Assembly (NCBI GenBank): GCA_963783305.1
Contig: CAWAMW010000002.1
Span: forward strand, 64,001 to 128,000
Direction of reading: 5' to 3'
Length of the DNA stretch: 64,000 bases
Origin: an uncultured Gemmatimonadales bacterium
GTDB taxonomy: Bacteria; Gemmatimonadota; Gemmatimonadetes; Longimicrobiales; RSA9
Shown here: positions 9,785 to 19,685 of the stretch, one piece after another
How positions within the stretch are numbered: the stretch's first letter is position 1
Layout of the letters: every line of letters starts with the position of its first letter
Program-made: the position numbers and the translations under genes
Notes under the pieces: generated by a model
The model's database searches: none
Seen by the model: the letters and a program-made list of their open reading frames with translations, nothing else
What the model was told of the DNA's origin: nothing

Positions 9785-12232
9785 ATGAACGTGCTGAAAG
9801 AGCTGAGAGTCGCGTGGCGCGGCCTGGTGCGGACGCCGGGCTTCACGGCGGTGGCGGTGGCGACGCTGGCGCTGGGCATCGGGGCCAACACCGCGGTGTT
9901 CACGCTGGTGGACGGGGTGCTGCTGCGTCCCCTGCCCTATCCCGAGCCTGATCGGCTGGTATCGATCACGCACGAAGGGCGGGGCGGCGAGGACCAGCTG
10001 CCGATGTCGACGGGGCTCTACCTCCTGTACGGGGAGGAGGCGCGCACGCTGGAATCGCTGGCGCTCTTCCAGAGCACGGTGTCGAACTTCGTCGGCGAGG
10101 ACGGCGAGGCGCAGCGGGTGGACGGAGAGCTGGTGACGCCGTCGCTCTTCGACGTTCTCGGCGTCCCACCGCGGCTCGGACGTCCGCTCCTTCCAACCGA
10201 CGCGGAAGAGGGTGCGGAGCCGGTGGTGGTTCTCAGCCACGCGCTCTGGAGCACCCGGTTCGGCGGGGATCCGGGCGTCCTCGATCAGACCGTCCTCATG
10301 GACGGTGTATCCCGCCGCGTGGTGGGCGTGATGCCCGAGGGGTTCGCCCACGCGAGTGGTGACACCCGCCTGTGGATCCCGTTCCGCATCGATCCCCTGA
10401 CGGCGCCGCTGGCGGCGTTCGGCGCGAATGGCATCGCGCGGCTGGCGGACGGCGCGACGGTGGAGAGCGCGCACGCGGAGCTGACGAACCTCATCGCCCG
10501 TCTCGATGAGCTGCGTCCGGACGCGGTGCAGACCATCGCGTTCATGCGTGAGGTGGATCTGGGTGCCCAGGTGGAGACGCTGAAAGACGCGGTGGTGGGC
10601 GACGTTGCCCGGACGCTCTGGACGCTGCTCGGGATGGTAGGCTTCGTGCTGCTGATCGCGTGCGCGAACGTCGCCAACCTCCTGCTGGTCCGGGCGGAAG
10701 GGCGGCAGCGGGAGGTGGCGCTCCGCCGCGCGGTGGGCGCGAGCCGCTGGGACGTGATTCGGCCGTTCCTGGCGGAGAGCTTCGCGCTCGCGGCGCTGGG
10801 CGGCGGGCTGGGCGTCGCCGTGGCGGCCGTGGCCGTCCGCACGACACTCGCATTCGCGCCCACGGATATCCCGCGCATGGATGAGGTCGGGATCGATCTG
10901 CGGGTGCTGGCGTTCACCGCCGCCATCGCCATGGCCTCCGCGGTGATCTTCGGCCTCTTCCCCGCCGTGCGGTCCGGGCGCGCCGACCTGTCGAGTCAGC
11001 TCAAGGATGGCGGTGGACGTGGCGGCACGACGGGTCGGGAGCGGCACCGGGTGCGGAGCGGGCTCGTGGTGGCGCAGGTCGCCCTCGCGCTGATCCTCCT
11101 GGTGGGGTCCGGGCTCATGCTCCGCAGCATGCTGGCTCTGCTGGCCGTGGATCCCGGGTTCGATGCGGAGGGCGTTCTTACGGTGAGCGTGGCCGTGCCG
11201 CCGGGCGAGGTGGAGGGGGCGGTGGAGACGGCCGAGTTCTTCCAGCGGCTCACCGACCGGCTGGCGGCGCAGCCGGGCGTGGTGAGCGCGGGTGCGGTGA
11301 GCGCGCTGCCGCTCACGGGGCAGCTCAGCTTCGGCGGGCACACCATCGAGGACCACCCGACACAGCCGGACGAGCTGCCGCCCATGGCGTTCGGACTGTA
11401 CGCCGATCCGGGCTACCTCGAGACCATGGGGGTGGAGCTGGTGGAGGGTCGCATGCTGCAGCGCGGCGACGCGGCGAACGCGTTCCGGGGCATGGTGGTG
11501 AGCGAGAGCTATGCGGACCGATGGTGGCCGGAGGGCGGCGCGGTGGGGAAGCGGCTCCAGTGGGGCCCGGGCGAGTGGTGGGAGATCGTGGGCGTGGTGG
11601 AGGACGTCCGGCACCGAGGCCTGGCGGAAGAGAGCGAAGAGATGCTCTACCTCCCCACGTTGCTCGGCACGGCGGAGGAGCCGGTGGTGGTCCGGTCCCG
11701 CGCCATCGTGCTCCGGGTGACGGGCGACCCGGCGTCGTTCCTCCCGGTCCTCCGGCGTGAGCTGCGCGACCTGAACAGCCGCATCCCGTTCGCGAACCCG
11801 CGCACCATGCGGGAGGTGGTGGAGGCGTCGGCCGCCCAGACCTCGTTCACGATGGTGGTGCTGAGCGCCGCGTCGCTGGTGGCGCTGCTTCTGGGGGTCG
11901 TCGGGATCTACGGCGTCGTCTCGTACGTGGTGAGCCAGCGGACGCGGGAGATCGGTGTGCGCATGGCGCTCGGCGCGTCGGGCGCGACCGTCCGGCGGAT
12001 GGTGGTCAGGCAGGGCGTGAAGCTCGCCGCCATAGGCGTGGCCGTGGGGCTGCTGGGCGCATTCGCCGCGACCCGCGTTCTCGAGACGCTGCTGTATGGT
12101 GTGAGCCACACCGACCTCACGACGTACGCCGCGGTGGCGGCGATGCTGGCGGGCGTGGCGGTGCTGGCGAGCTGGGTCCCGGCCCGGCGGGCGGCCGGCG
12201 TGGATCCATCGGTCGCGCTGCGGAGCGACTGA
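9785..12232 (+). CDS. ADOP/MacB-like duplicated ABC permease
   Basis: PGFTAVAVATLALGIGANTAVF, LLIACANVANLLL, QRTREIGVRMALGA. Confidence 0.95.
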   Translation: MNVLKELRVAWRGLVRTPGFTAVAVATLALGIGANTAVFTLVDGVLLRPLPYPEPDRLVSITHEGRGGEDQLPMSTGLYLLYGEEARTLESLALFQSTVSNFVGEDGEAQRVDGELVTPSLFDVLGVPPRLGRPLLPTDAEEGAEPVVVLSHALWSTRFGGDPGVLDQTVLMDGVSRRVVGVMPEGFAHASGDTRLWIPFRIDPLTAPLAAFGANGIARLADGATVESAHAELTNLIARLDELRPDAVQTIAFMREVDLGAQVETLKDAVVGDVARTLWTLLGMVGFVLLIACANVANLLLVRAEGRQREVALRRAVGASRWDVIRPFLAESFALAALGGGLGVAVAAVAVRTTLAFAPTDIPRMDEVGIDLRVLAFTAAIAMASAVIFGLFPAVRSGRADLSSQLKDGGGRGGTTGRERHRVRSGLVVAQVALALILLVGSGLMLRSMLALLAVDPGFDAEGVLTVSVAVPPGEVEGAVETAEFFQRLTDRLAAQPGVVSAGAVSALPLTGQLSFGGHTIEDHPTQPDELPPMAFGLYADPGYLETMGVELVEGRMLQRGDAANAFRGMVVSESYADRWWPEGGAVGKRLQWGPGEWWEIVGVVEDVRHRGLAEESEEMLYLPTLLGTAEEPVVVRSRAIVLRVTGDPASFLPVLRRELRDLNSRIPFANPRTMREVVEASAAQTSFTMVVLSAASLVALLLGVVGIYGVVSYVVSQRTREIGVRMALGASGATVRRMVVRQGVKLAAIGVAVGLLGAFAATRVLETLLYGVSHTDLTTYAAVAAMLAGVAVLASWVPARRAAGVDPSVALRSD

Positions 12233-12289
12233 CCGGGCGATTGCGGCCGGGAGTCGGAAGCCACAAGCTACTCCTCTTCCACGTGCGCA

Positions 12290-13123
12290 GCCCGCGCCCT
12301 GCTCGTTGCAGCCGCGCTCGGGGCGGTGGCCCTCCAACCCGCCGCGGCCGCGGCCCAGGGCGATGACGGCTACGTGGTGCGGGACCTGGCGCCCGGCGTG
12401 TTCACGGCCGTGGCGCCCGACGGGGTGCCGTCGTACCTGTTCGCGAACTCCCTCGTGGTGATGGGCGACGATGGCGTGCTGGTGGTGGACTCCGGTGATC
12501 GGCCGGAACTGGCGCACGCGCTGATCGCGCTGATCCGGGAGCGCACGGAGCGGCCGGTTCGCTGGCTGGTGAACACCCACTGGCACGGCGACCATGTGCG
12601 CGGGAACGCGGTGTTCAGGGAGGCGTTCCCGCAGGTCCGAATCCTGTCGACACCCACCACGCGGGACAGCATCGCCACGGGCGGGCCGCGGCAGGTGGCG
12701 GAGAACGTGGCGCGACAGCGCGACGCGCGGGCGCGGCTGGCGGCGATGATGGACACGGCCGACACCGCGCTCCGGGCGCGGATCCGGGTGGCCGACTCGG
12801 TGCGCCGTCGGGAGACGACCCCCGGGACGGAAACGGCTACAGCAGCCGGGTCGCCGACGTGGACGAGGTACACGGATTCATCCGCCGCGGACATCGTCTC
12901 GCTCCCAGGCGGCCACTGCGATGGGATCGAGATGATCGATGATGACGTTCTGATCGCCAGCCAGGACGACACGTCGCTCCACCTGGTGGGGCACGGCGGA
13001 GTACGCCGCGTCAACATCACCCGCGGTCGCCCCGCCGATCTGGGGATCGACACCCACCGCGGACGCGTCGCCGTCCCGTACGTTGCCCTCGGCCGCGTCG
13101 ACATCTGGCCGCTCGCCCCATAG
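12290..13123 (+). pseudogene. chimeric/decayed ORF: MBL-fold hydrolase N-terminal half joined to fragments of a beta-propeller (SMP-30/YncE-like) protein
   Basis: NTHWHGDH MBL motif without the second half of the fold; signal peptide lacks an in-frame start; tail DGIE...PADLGID...VAVP..GRVDIW. Confidence 0.6.
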
Positions 13124-13170
13124 CTTCCACGCGGCACCGCAACATCACCACCGGAGCGAAAGAGATCGCC

Positions 13171-15030
13171 GTGGAAGGACGATCAGTGAAGTCGGCCGAG
13201 GGCATCCCCCTGGAGCCATTCGAGCGGGACACGCTGGCGCGGGTGTTCACCGACGCCGTGGACCGGTTCGGTGCCGCGGAGGCGCTCCGGTCGAAGGTGG
13301 ACGGCGAGTGGGTCGGGCTGACGCACCACGAGGTGGCGGACATGGTCGGTCGGCTCGTGGCTGCGCTCCGCGCGCGGGGCGTCCACCGGGGCGACCGCGT
13401 GGCGCTGCTGGCCGAGAATCGGCCGGAGTGGGTGATCACCGACTTCGCGTGCGCCTGCGCCGGGGCGGTGAGTGTACCGGTCTACCCGTCGCTCCCGGCG
13501 GAGCAGGTGGGCGCGATCCTGGAGGACGCGGAGCCCCGTGTGGTGATCGCCTCCACGGTGCCGCAGCTCGAGAAGGTCCTGGCCATCCGCCACCGGATTC
13601 CCGCCCTCACCCACCTGGTGGTTATCGACGGGGAGCCCGGGGCTGTGGCGCCGGCAGAGACGTGGGCGGAGCTGCAGCAGACGCCAGCCGAGCCGGGGCT
13701 CGTGGACAAGGCGCGACGTGCGCGGCCGGACGATCTCGCCACCCTCATCTACACGTCGGGGACCACGGGGACGCCGAAGGGGGCCATGCTGACGCAGGGC
13801 AACCTGGCCTACATGGTCACGGCCACCCGCCAGCACGGCTCCGTGCCCGCCTCGCCGGGCGAGGTTGCGCTGTCGATCCTGCCGCTGTCCCACGTGCTCG
13901 AGCGGGCTGCGTCCCTCTACTTCTGGGACACTGGCGTGACCCTCGCCTTTGCCGAGTCCATGGACACCGTGGCCGAGAACCTCCTGGAGGTCCGGCCCCA
14001 CGTCATGGTCTCGGTGCCGCGCCTCTTCGAGAAGATCCACCACAAGGTCATGGCGGGTACGGGGATCCGGGGGCGGATCGCCCGCTGGGCCGCCGACGTG
14101 GGTGGGCGAGTGGTGGATCAGCGGCTGGCCGACGCGCCCGTCTCCCCCGCGGACGGTGTGCAGTTCGGCGTTGCCGACCGGCTCGTCTTCAACAAGCTGC
14201 GAGAGCGGACGGGCGGGCGGCTTCGAGGCTTCATCTCCGGTGGCGCTCCACTGGCCGCGGACGTGGCTCGTCTGTTCTTCGCGGCGGGCATGCCCATCTT
14301 CGAGGGGTACGGTCTGACGGAAACATCGCCGGTGCTGGCAGTGAACCAGCCGGGGGCGACCCGGCTCGGCACCGTGGGCCGACCCTACCCCGGCGTGCGG
14401 CTCCACCTGGGCGACCACGACGAGATCCTCGCGCAGACCCCTGGCCTCATGCGCGGCTACTGGAAGGACCCGGATGCCACCGCCGCGGCCATCGACGATG
14501 ACGGGTGGTTCCACACCGGCGACATCGGCGTGATCGATGCCGATGGCTTCGTCCAGATCACCGACCGACTCAAGGACATCCTGGTCACCGCGGGCGGCAA
14601 GAACATCGCGCCGCAGCCCATCGAGCTCCACGCCACGCGCTCGCCCTACGTGGCTCAGGCGGTGCTCATCGCCGACCGGCGGCCGTTCCCCGTCCTCCTG
14701 GTGGTCCCGGACTGGGAGCGGCTGGCGGAGTGGGCGAGCGCGGCGGGCGTCCGGGTAACCGATCGCGAGCAAGCGGCCGCGGATGACCGGGTCGTGCGGT
14801 TCATGGAGTCGCAGACGCTCGGTCGGATGGAGCGCTTCGCGCGCCACGAGACGCCCAAGCGCATCGCGGTGCTGCCGCGTGAGCTCACCATGGAGGAGGC
14901 GCTCCTGACCCCCACGCTCAAGGTCAGGCGGAGGGCGGTGGAACAGCGGTTCGCGGCCCTCATTGACCGCCTGTACGAGCCCACCCACAGTCCTCGCGAC
15001 GTGGTACCGGCGGGCGGCGCGCACCACTGA
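13171..15030 (+). CDS. long-chain fatty acid--CoA ligase
   Basis: YTSGTTGTPKG, EGYGLTETSP, WFHTGDIG, LTPTLKVRR. Confidence 0.95.
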   Translation: MEGRSVKSAEGIPLEPFERDTLARVFTDAVDRFGAAEALRSKVDGEWVGLTHHEVADMVGRLVAALRARGVHRGDRVALLAENRPEWVITDFACACAGAVSVPVYPSLPAEQVGAILEDAEPRVVIASTVPQLEKVLAIRHRIPALTHLVVIDGEPGAVAPAETWAELQQTPAEPGLVDKARRARPDDLATLIYTSGTTGTPKGAMLTQGNLAYMVTATRQHGSVPASPGEVALSILPLSHVLERAASLYFWDTGVTLAFAESMDTVAENLLEVRPHVMVSVPRLFEKIHHKVMAGTGIRGRIARWAADVGGRVVDQRLADAPVSPADGVQFGVADRLVFNKLRERTGGRLRGFISGGAPLAADVARLFFAAGMPIFEGYGLTETSPVLAVNQPGATRLGTVGRPYPGVRLHLGDHDEILAQTPGLMRGYWKDPDATAAAIDDDGWFHTGDIGVIDADGFVQITDRLKDILVTAGGKNIAPQPIELHATRSPYVAQAVLIADRRPFPVLLVVPDWERLAEWASAAGVRVTDREQAAADDRVVRFMESQTLGRMERFARHETPKRIAVLPRELTMEEALLTPTLKVRRRAVEQRFAALIDRLYEPTHSPRDVVPAGGAHH

Positions 15031-15049
15031 GCCCACCGGCGGCGGAGTC

Positions 15050-16327
15050 TCAGCCGGCGCCGGGGCTCCCTCCCTCCTCGAAGAGGCTCCGCTGCTCCAG
15101 CACCATGTCGCGCTTGCGGAACTTGTCCAGGTACATGGCGCTGTCCGCGCGCCCGATGGCACTCGCGAGCGACTCGTTCTCCGCCCGCTGGACGCTCCCA
15201 ACGCTCACGTCGATGCCCATGCCGGAAAGGCCGGGCACCGGACCGATCTCGGACAGCGTCTCGGCAATCCTCTCCGCGAGCGTGCAGGCATCGGTGTGGG
15301 TGGATATGCACAGGAATTCGTCCCCACCCCAGCGGAATACAACGACGTGTTCCAGTCCGGCCGAGAGGTGAGCGGCCAGGTGGGCCAGGGCGGCATCGCC
15401 CGCCGCGTGACCGCGCTCGTCGTTGATGTCCTTGAGATTGTCCATGTCGAGCATTGCCACCGCGAGCGACGGCGACTCCGCCCAGCCACGGTCCCGGGCC
15501 AATTCCTCGAATGCGCGCCGATTGAACACCCCGGTCAGCTCGTCGTAGCGGGAGACGCGCCGCAACTGGTCGTGCGCCTCCTCCAGCTCCCGGTGCAGGA
15601 CGACCAGCCGGTCCTGCATGCTCCGGCTCGCGACGTGCCCCAGCGCGAACGCGAGCGAGAGGTGTCCGAACATGTCGACGTAACTGTTCAGCTGCACCAG
15701 TCGCAGGAGCGGGCCGCCGAGCGGCACGGCCACCGGAGCGCGGGTGAACGCTAAATTGTAGGTCAGCCAAAGCAGTGCGATGCCGGCAGCGGCGATGGCG
15801 GCGGGGCCGGTTCCGGCCAGGCGGTCGCCCCGGGGACCCAGCCGAGGCGTGAAGACGAGGGCGGTCGCGGCGAACAGCGGCACGATGATCGGCACCTGCC
15901 ACTGGACCAGACCGTACGGATCGTACGTCATGGCGGTCGACAGTGCCGCATACCCCAGGAGGGCCAGCGCGGCGCCCGTCAGCGCCGTTGCGGGCATCCG
16001 GAACCCTCTCAGCATGAGACCGCCCAGCAGCAGGAGCCCGGCATACATGAGCTTCCCGCCCTGGTAGACGAAGTCCAACGCGTTGCTCATGGCCGACGAA
16101 GACTGGAGCGCCTGGTGATCCAGGTCCGGCAGGAAGAGATACCGCGCGAGCATGGCGGCAATGGCCACCAGCGCGGCCACCCATGCCAGGGTCCAGACGA
16201 CCACCACCCCCCCGATGGCGCTGACCCGGCAGAGCAGCACGAACGCCAGCACGATCACGCTCAGAGCAGTGAGCTGTGCGGCAAGCCCGTGGACCGCCGA
16301 GAGTCCTCCGATATCGATGATGGACAT
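15050..16327 (-). CDS. membrane-anchored diguanylate cyclase
   Basis: About 7 TM segments, DELTGVFNRR, INDERGHAAGD, RWGGDEF. Confidence 0.9.
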   Translation of the reverse strand: MSIIDIGGLSAVHGLAAQLTALSVIVLAFVLLCRVSAIGGVVVVWTLAWVAALVAIAAMLARYLFLPDLDHQALQSSSAMSNALDFVYQGGKLMYAGLLLLGGLMLRGFRMPATALTGAALALLGYAALSTAMTYDPYGLVQWQVPIIVPLFAATALVFTPRLGPRGDRLAGTGPAAIAAAGIALLWLTYNLAFTRAPVAVPLGGPLLRLVQLNSYVDMFGHLSLAFALGHVASRSMQDRLVVLHRELEEAHDQLRRVSRYDELTGVFNRRAFEELARDRGWAESPSLAVAMLDMDNLKDINDERGHAAGDAALAHLAAHLSAGLEHVVVFRWGGDEFLCISTHTDACTLAERIAETLSEIGPVPGLSGMGIDVSVGSVQRAENESLASAIGRADSAMYLDKFRKRDMVLEQRSLFEEGGSPGAG

Positions 16328-16571
16328 GCTGCGCGCCTGAATGCGAACGACGGCGACGCTGCGAGGGCGGGGGGTCGAGCGCCGGCTCACAGTACGTGAA
16401 TTTCAGTACACAATATGCACCACCGCGCCGCTCGGCCATAGCGGCTCACCCGCGTGGATGCGCCGCACAGCATCGACGATCACGGCGAGCCGGCCCCTCC
16501 CCCTCTGGGGGGTCCCGCGACGTCAGGCGCCGTCAGCCGCCTCGTCGTCGTCCACCTCGAAAGGGGGACGG

Positions 16572-17468
16572 TCAGGGATCGGCCCGACCGTGGAATACGC
16601 TCGCCGAATCCAGCCCCGCCGCCTGGCCCTGGAGCTCGAGGAACTGCCCCACCACCAGGCGCGGGATCACCCGGCCGTACGAGGTGCTGCCCCCTTCACG
16701 GTACCGGTGCTGCCCCTGATTGACGCCGACAACACGGCCTTCCAGATCGAACGTCGGCCCACCGCTGACACCGGGGAAGAGGAAGAGGTCCACCTCGAGG
16801 ACGTTGGTGGACGGATCACCCGGCTCGAGTGTGCGGTACCCGCTGCTGAACCCCGCCGTGAACCGGCGAAACACCGTGTACTCGCTCGTCACGGCCGCCC
16901 GCGCGGTGTCCACCACCCCTCCCTCCGGGAGGCCGTACCCGATGGTGGCCAGCGGCCAACCCATGGGCACGTGGCCGTCGCTCCAGCGGAGAGGAACCAG
17001 CGAGGTGTCGGCAATCGCCAGCAGGCTGAGGTCGCGCTCCACGTCCAGCGCCAGCACCCGCGCCGGGTAGAGCGTGGATCCCGTGTCGGTCTGCACCAGG
17101 ACGTGCAGCCGCGGCACAAGCGTGGAGTCCCCTCGCACGACCACGTGCGCGTTGCTCAGCAGCACACCGTTTCGCCCCACCACGAAGGCCGTGCCCACCG
17201 GGCCGAACGCCGTGAGATCAACGCCGAGCGCCGGCTTGCTCCCCCAGACCGAGTGCACCGAGGACCGCACCCGCTCCGCCGCCACCGTCCAGTTCCCGAC
17301 CCCGGGCGTAGACTCCCCCTCCGACGGCCCGGCCTCACCCCCGGCGCAGCCCGCCCACAGCACCACCGCCCCCACGACCCACAGCCGATTGATCAGCCCC
17401 AAGGCCGCGCCCACGCCCGTCCGCGCGCGCCGCTCCCGCTTCCTCGTCCCGCTCGTGTTTGCGCTCAT
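16572..17468 (-). CDS. trypsin-like serine protease (S1C-like)
   Basis: SNAHVV, DLSLL, PGVSGGP catalytic triad motifs. Confidence 0.85.
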   Translation of the reverse strand: MSANTSGTRKRERRARTGVGAALGLINRLWVVGAVVLWAGCAGGEAGPSEGESTPGVGNWTVAAERVRSSVHSVWGSKPALGVDLTAFGPVGTAFVVGRNGVLLSNAHVVVRGDSTLVPRLHVLVQTDTGSTLYPARVLALDVERDLSLLAIADTSLVPLRWSDGHVPMGWPLATIGYGLPEGGVVDTARAAVTSEYTVFRRFTAGFSSGYRTLEPGDPSTNVLEVDLFLFPGVSGGPTFDLEGRVVGVNQGQHRYREGGSTSYGRVIPRLVVGQFLELQGQAAGLDSASVFHGRADP

Positions 17469-17496
17469 GATCGGGAATGGTACGCACGCACCCGCA

Positions 17497-17690
17497 CAAA
17501 AGAAAACGGGCTGCCATGAAGGCAGCCCGTTTAAACTCGGAGATCAGGGGCGAGGACAGCGCCCGGCCGGCGCACGGAAGGCGCCAAGGAAGCCGGAATC
17601 CCCCCCAGAATGACTTGCGTCGCGCTGTCGCTCGACACCCTTCACTCACGAGATATTTCCTGCTGTGAGGCACCCGAACTGGCGTGCCGC
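17497..17690 (-). ncRNA. candidate structured small RNA or cis-regulatory leader ending in an intrinsic terminator
   Basis: Nested inverted repeats (17546-17562 with 17622-17641; GAC-GCAA-GTC hairpin), then terminator aaacgggctgcc-ttcat-ggcagcccgttttctttt; no credible ORF. Confidence 0.5.
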
Positions 17691-17695
17691 CACCA

Positions 17696-17747
17696 TTGAC
17701 TATATGGTCAACACCCAGAGTCTAACACGCACTGATCGATGGGTCAA
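17696..17747. promoter_or_regulatory. two TetR-type operator palindromes
   Basis: TTGACtatatgGTCAA (17696-17711) and cTGAtcgatggGTCAA (17732-17747) directly upstream of the TetR gene. Confidence 0.7.
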
Positions 17748-17757
17748 TAGGGGGCCA

Positions 17758-18378
17758 ATGCCAGGTCAGAGACTGCCGGAAGAAGAGCGCAGGGATGAGA
17801 TCCTGACGGGTGCGTTCCAGGTGGCGGTACGGGACAAGCTGCGGGGGCTGACCATGAGCGCGGTGGCGCAGGAGGCCGGGGTAAGCAAGGGGCTGGTCTT
17901 CTTCCATTTCGAAGGGAAGGAGGCGCTGCTGCTGGCGTTGCTGGACTGGTTGCTGGAGGGGGGTCCACGGGTGGAAGTGCCGCCGTCGCTGAACCTGGAT
18001 GAACGATCCCACCCGGCCCGGCGGCTGGTGGGGCTGCTGCGGCACCAGGTAGCGTTGCTGCCGCGTCGTCGTCAGCGGGTCGAGCTGTTCCTGGATTTCT
18101 GGGTGATGGGCACGACGCTGCCGGAGGCGCAGCTGCGGATCCGGGACGCGTTCGAGCGGTACCGTTCGGAGTTCCTGCCGTACACACGTCCGGTGGTGGA
18201 GGCGCTGCCGGGCCGGTTCGACGCCGACGGAGCGGAGGGTCTGTCGGGTGTGATCGTGAGCTTCATCCAGGGTTGTGCGCTGCAGCTGATCGCGGACCCG
18301 GACCGGTTCGATGTCGATCAGTACATGCGGGCGGTGGAAGGACTGGTATTGCGCGAGTACGGCCAGCTCTCCGACTGA
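17758..18378 (+). CDS. TetR/AcrR family transcriptional regulator
   Basis: ERRDEIL...LTMSAVAQEAGVSKGLVFFHFEGKEALL HTH. Confidence 0.93.
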   Translation: MPGQRLPEEERRDEILTGAFQVAVRDKLRGLTMSAVAQEAGVSKGLVFFHFEGKEALLLALLDWLLEGGPRVEVPPSLNLDERSHPARRLVGLLRHQVALLPRRRQRVELFLDFWVMGTTLPEAQLRIRDAFERYRSEFLPYTRPVVEALPGRFDADGAEGLSGVIVSFIQGCALQLIADPDRFDVDQYMRAVEGLVLREYGQLSD

Positions 18379-19400
18379 TGCGACGGTTCGAGCCCGCGCG
18401 GTGGCTGTGGAACCCGCACGTACAGACGATCGCCGGCAAGCTGCTGCGGCCGGCGCTGGATGTGCCGCTGCGCAGGGAGCGCCTGGAGACTCCGGACGGC
18501 GATTTTCTGGACCTCGACCACGCTGGCGACGCCGATGGGATCGCGGAGTCGGCGCCGGTGGTGGTCGTGCTGCATGGACTCGAGGGTGCGAGCACGCGGC
18601 GGTATATGGGCACGACGTACCGGGCTCTCATGGCGCGCGGGCTCCGGCCGGTCGGCATGAACTTCCGCGGTTGCAGTGGTGAGCCGAACCGCACGGCGCG
18701 GGCGTACCATTCCGGGGAGACGGGAGACCTGCGATTCGTGCTGGATACGCTCCGCTCGCGGGCCGCCGGTCCCCTTGGACTGGTGGGCTATTCTCTCGGG
18801 GGCAACGTGACGCTGAAGTTTCTGGGCGAGGCGGGCGCATCGGGGCGCGTGCGAGGGGCGGGCGAGAGGGGCGAGGTGGGGGAGGCGGCGGAGGACCTGG
18901 TCTCCGCGGCTGCCGCTGTGTCGATCCCATTCGACCTGCGCGCCGGAGCCCGCGCACTGGAAGATTCGGTAATGGGTCGCTGGATCTACACCCGCTACTT
19001 CATGCGCAATCTGCGCCCGAAGATGCTGGCGAAGGGCGCGCTGGCGGCGAGCGCATGCGACCTGGACGCCGTGCGGCGCTCCCGTACCATCCGCGAGTTC
19101 GACGACGCCGTCACCGCCCCGATCTTCGGCTTCGAAAGCGCCGCGGGCTATTACGCCAGCGAGAGCTCTCATCAGTATATCCCCGGCATTCGAGTGCCGA
19201 CCCTCGTGGTCCACTCGCGGGACGACCCGTTCCTCCCCGCCGACGCCATCCCCGAGGCCGCCCTCGCCGCGAATCCCGCCACCACAGCCCTCATCACCGA
19301 GCGCGGCGGCCACCAGGGCTACATAGCGGGGTCCATCCTTCGTCCGCGCTTCTGGGTGGAGGAGGTGGTGGCGGACTTCATGAGGGCGCGGCTCACGTAG
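18378..19400 (+). CDS. YheT-like alpha/beta hydrolase
   Basis: NPHVQTI, LHGLEG, GYSLGG, DDPF, GGH. Confidence 0.92.
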   Translation: MRRFEPARWLWNPHVQTIAGKLLRPALDVPLRRERLETPDGDFLDLDHAGDADGIAESAPVVVVLHGLEGASTRRYMGTTYRALMARGLRPVGMNFRGCSGEPNRTARAYHSGETGDLRFVLDTLRSRAAGPLGLVGYSLGGNVTLKFLGEAGASGRVRGAGERGEVGEAAEDLVSAAAAVSIPFDLRAGARALEDSVMGRWIYTRYFMRNLRPKMLAKGALAASACDLDAVRRSRTIREFDDAVTAPIFGFESAAGYYASESSHQYIPGIRVPTLVVHSRDDPFLPADAIPEAALAANPATTALITERGGHQGYIAGSILRPRFWVEEVVADFMRARLT

Positions 19401-19430
19401 TCGCCCCCCGCTCCTCGCCCGTGCACCCCC

Positions 19431-19459
19431 TTGACCGTCTCGGCCTGGCCATCTATCCT
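19431..19459 (+). promoter_or_regulatory. sigma-70 promoter of the his operon
   Basis: TTGACC-17 nt-TATCCT. Confidence 0.7.
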
Positions 19460-19467
19460 CCGGGACC

Positions 19468-19548
19468 ATGACGAACGCGATCCAGATGAACCGGCATCAC
19501 CATCATCATCACGGCCCGACGGGCTACGGTGGTGGCGTGCGTTCATGA
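19468..19548 (+). CDS. hisL: his operon leader peptide MTNAIQMNRHHHHHHGPTGYGGGVRS
   Basis: Six consecutive His codons upstream of a terminator and hisG. Confidence 0.9.
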   Translation: MTNAIQMNRHHHHHHGPTGYGGGVRS

Positions 19549-19581
19549 TCTAGACCGACCAAACAGCGCGCTGGCCAACGT

Positions 19582-19610
19582 GGCCCGTCCGAAACGGACG
19601 GGCTTTTTTT
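19582..19610 (+). terminator. his attenuator terminator
   Basis: gcccgtccg-aaa-cggacgggc followed by a T run. Confidence 0.9.
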
Positions 19611-19685
19611 GTGCCCTCCGTCGTCGTCCGGGCCGAGACCGCCACGCTACTGACAACCACGACTGAGAGCCGAGACCAGGAGCCA

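Noticed and set aside
9710..12595. 961-aa minus-strand ORF and similar long antisense ORFs (13183-15201, 27661-29466, 46018-47790)
   Set aside because: Shadow ORFs of GC-rich real genes on the opposite strand, with no recognisable motifs.
17497..17690. c-di-GMP-I riboswitch or 6S RNA assignment
   Set aside because: Only a partial GACGCAA resemblance; the conserved cores could not be matched by eye, so it is left as an unassigned candidate.
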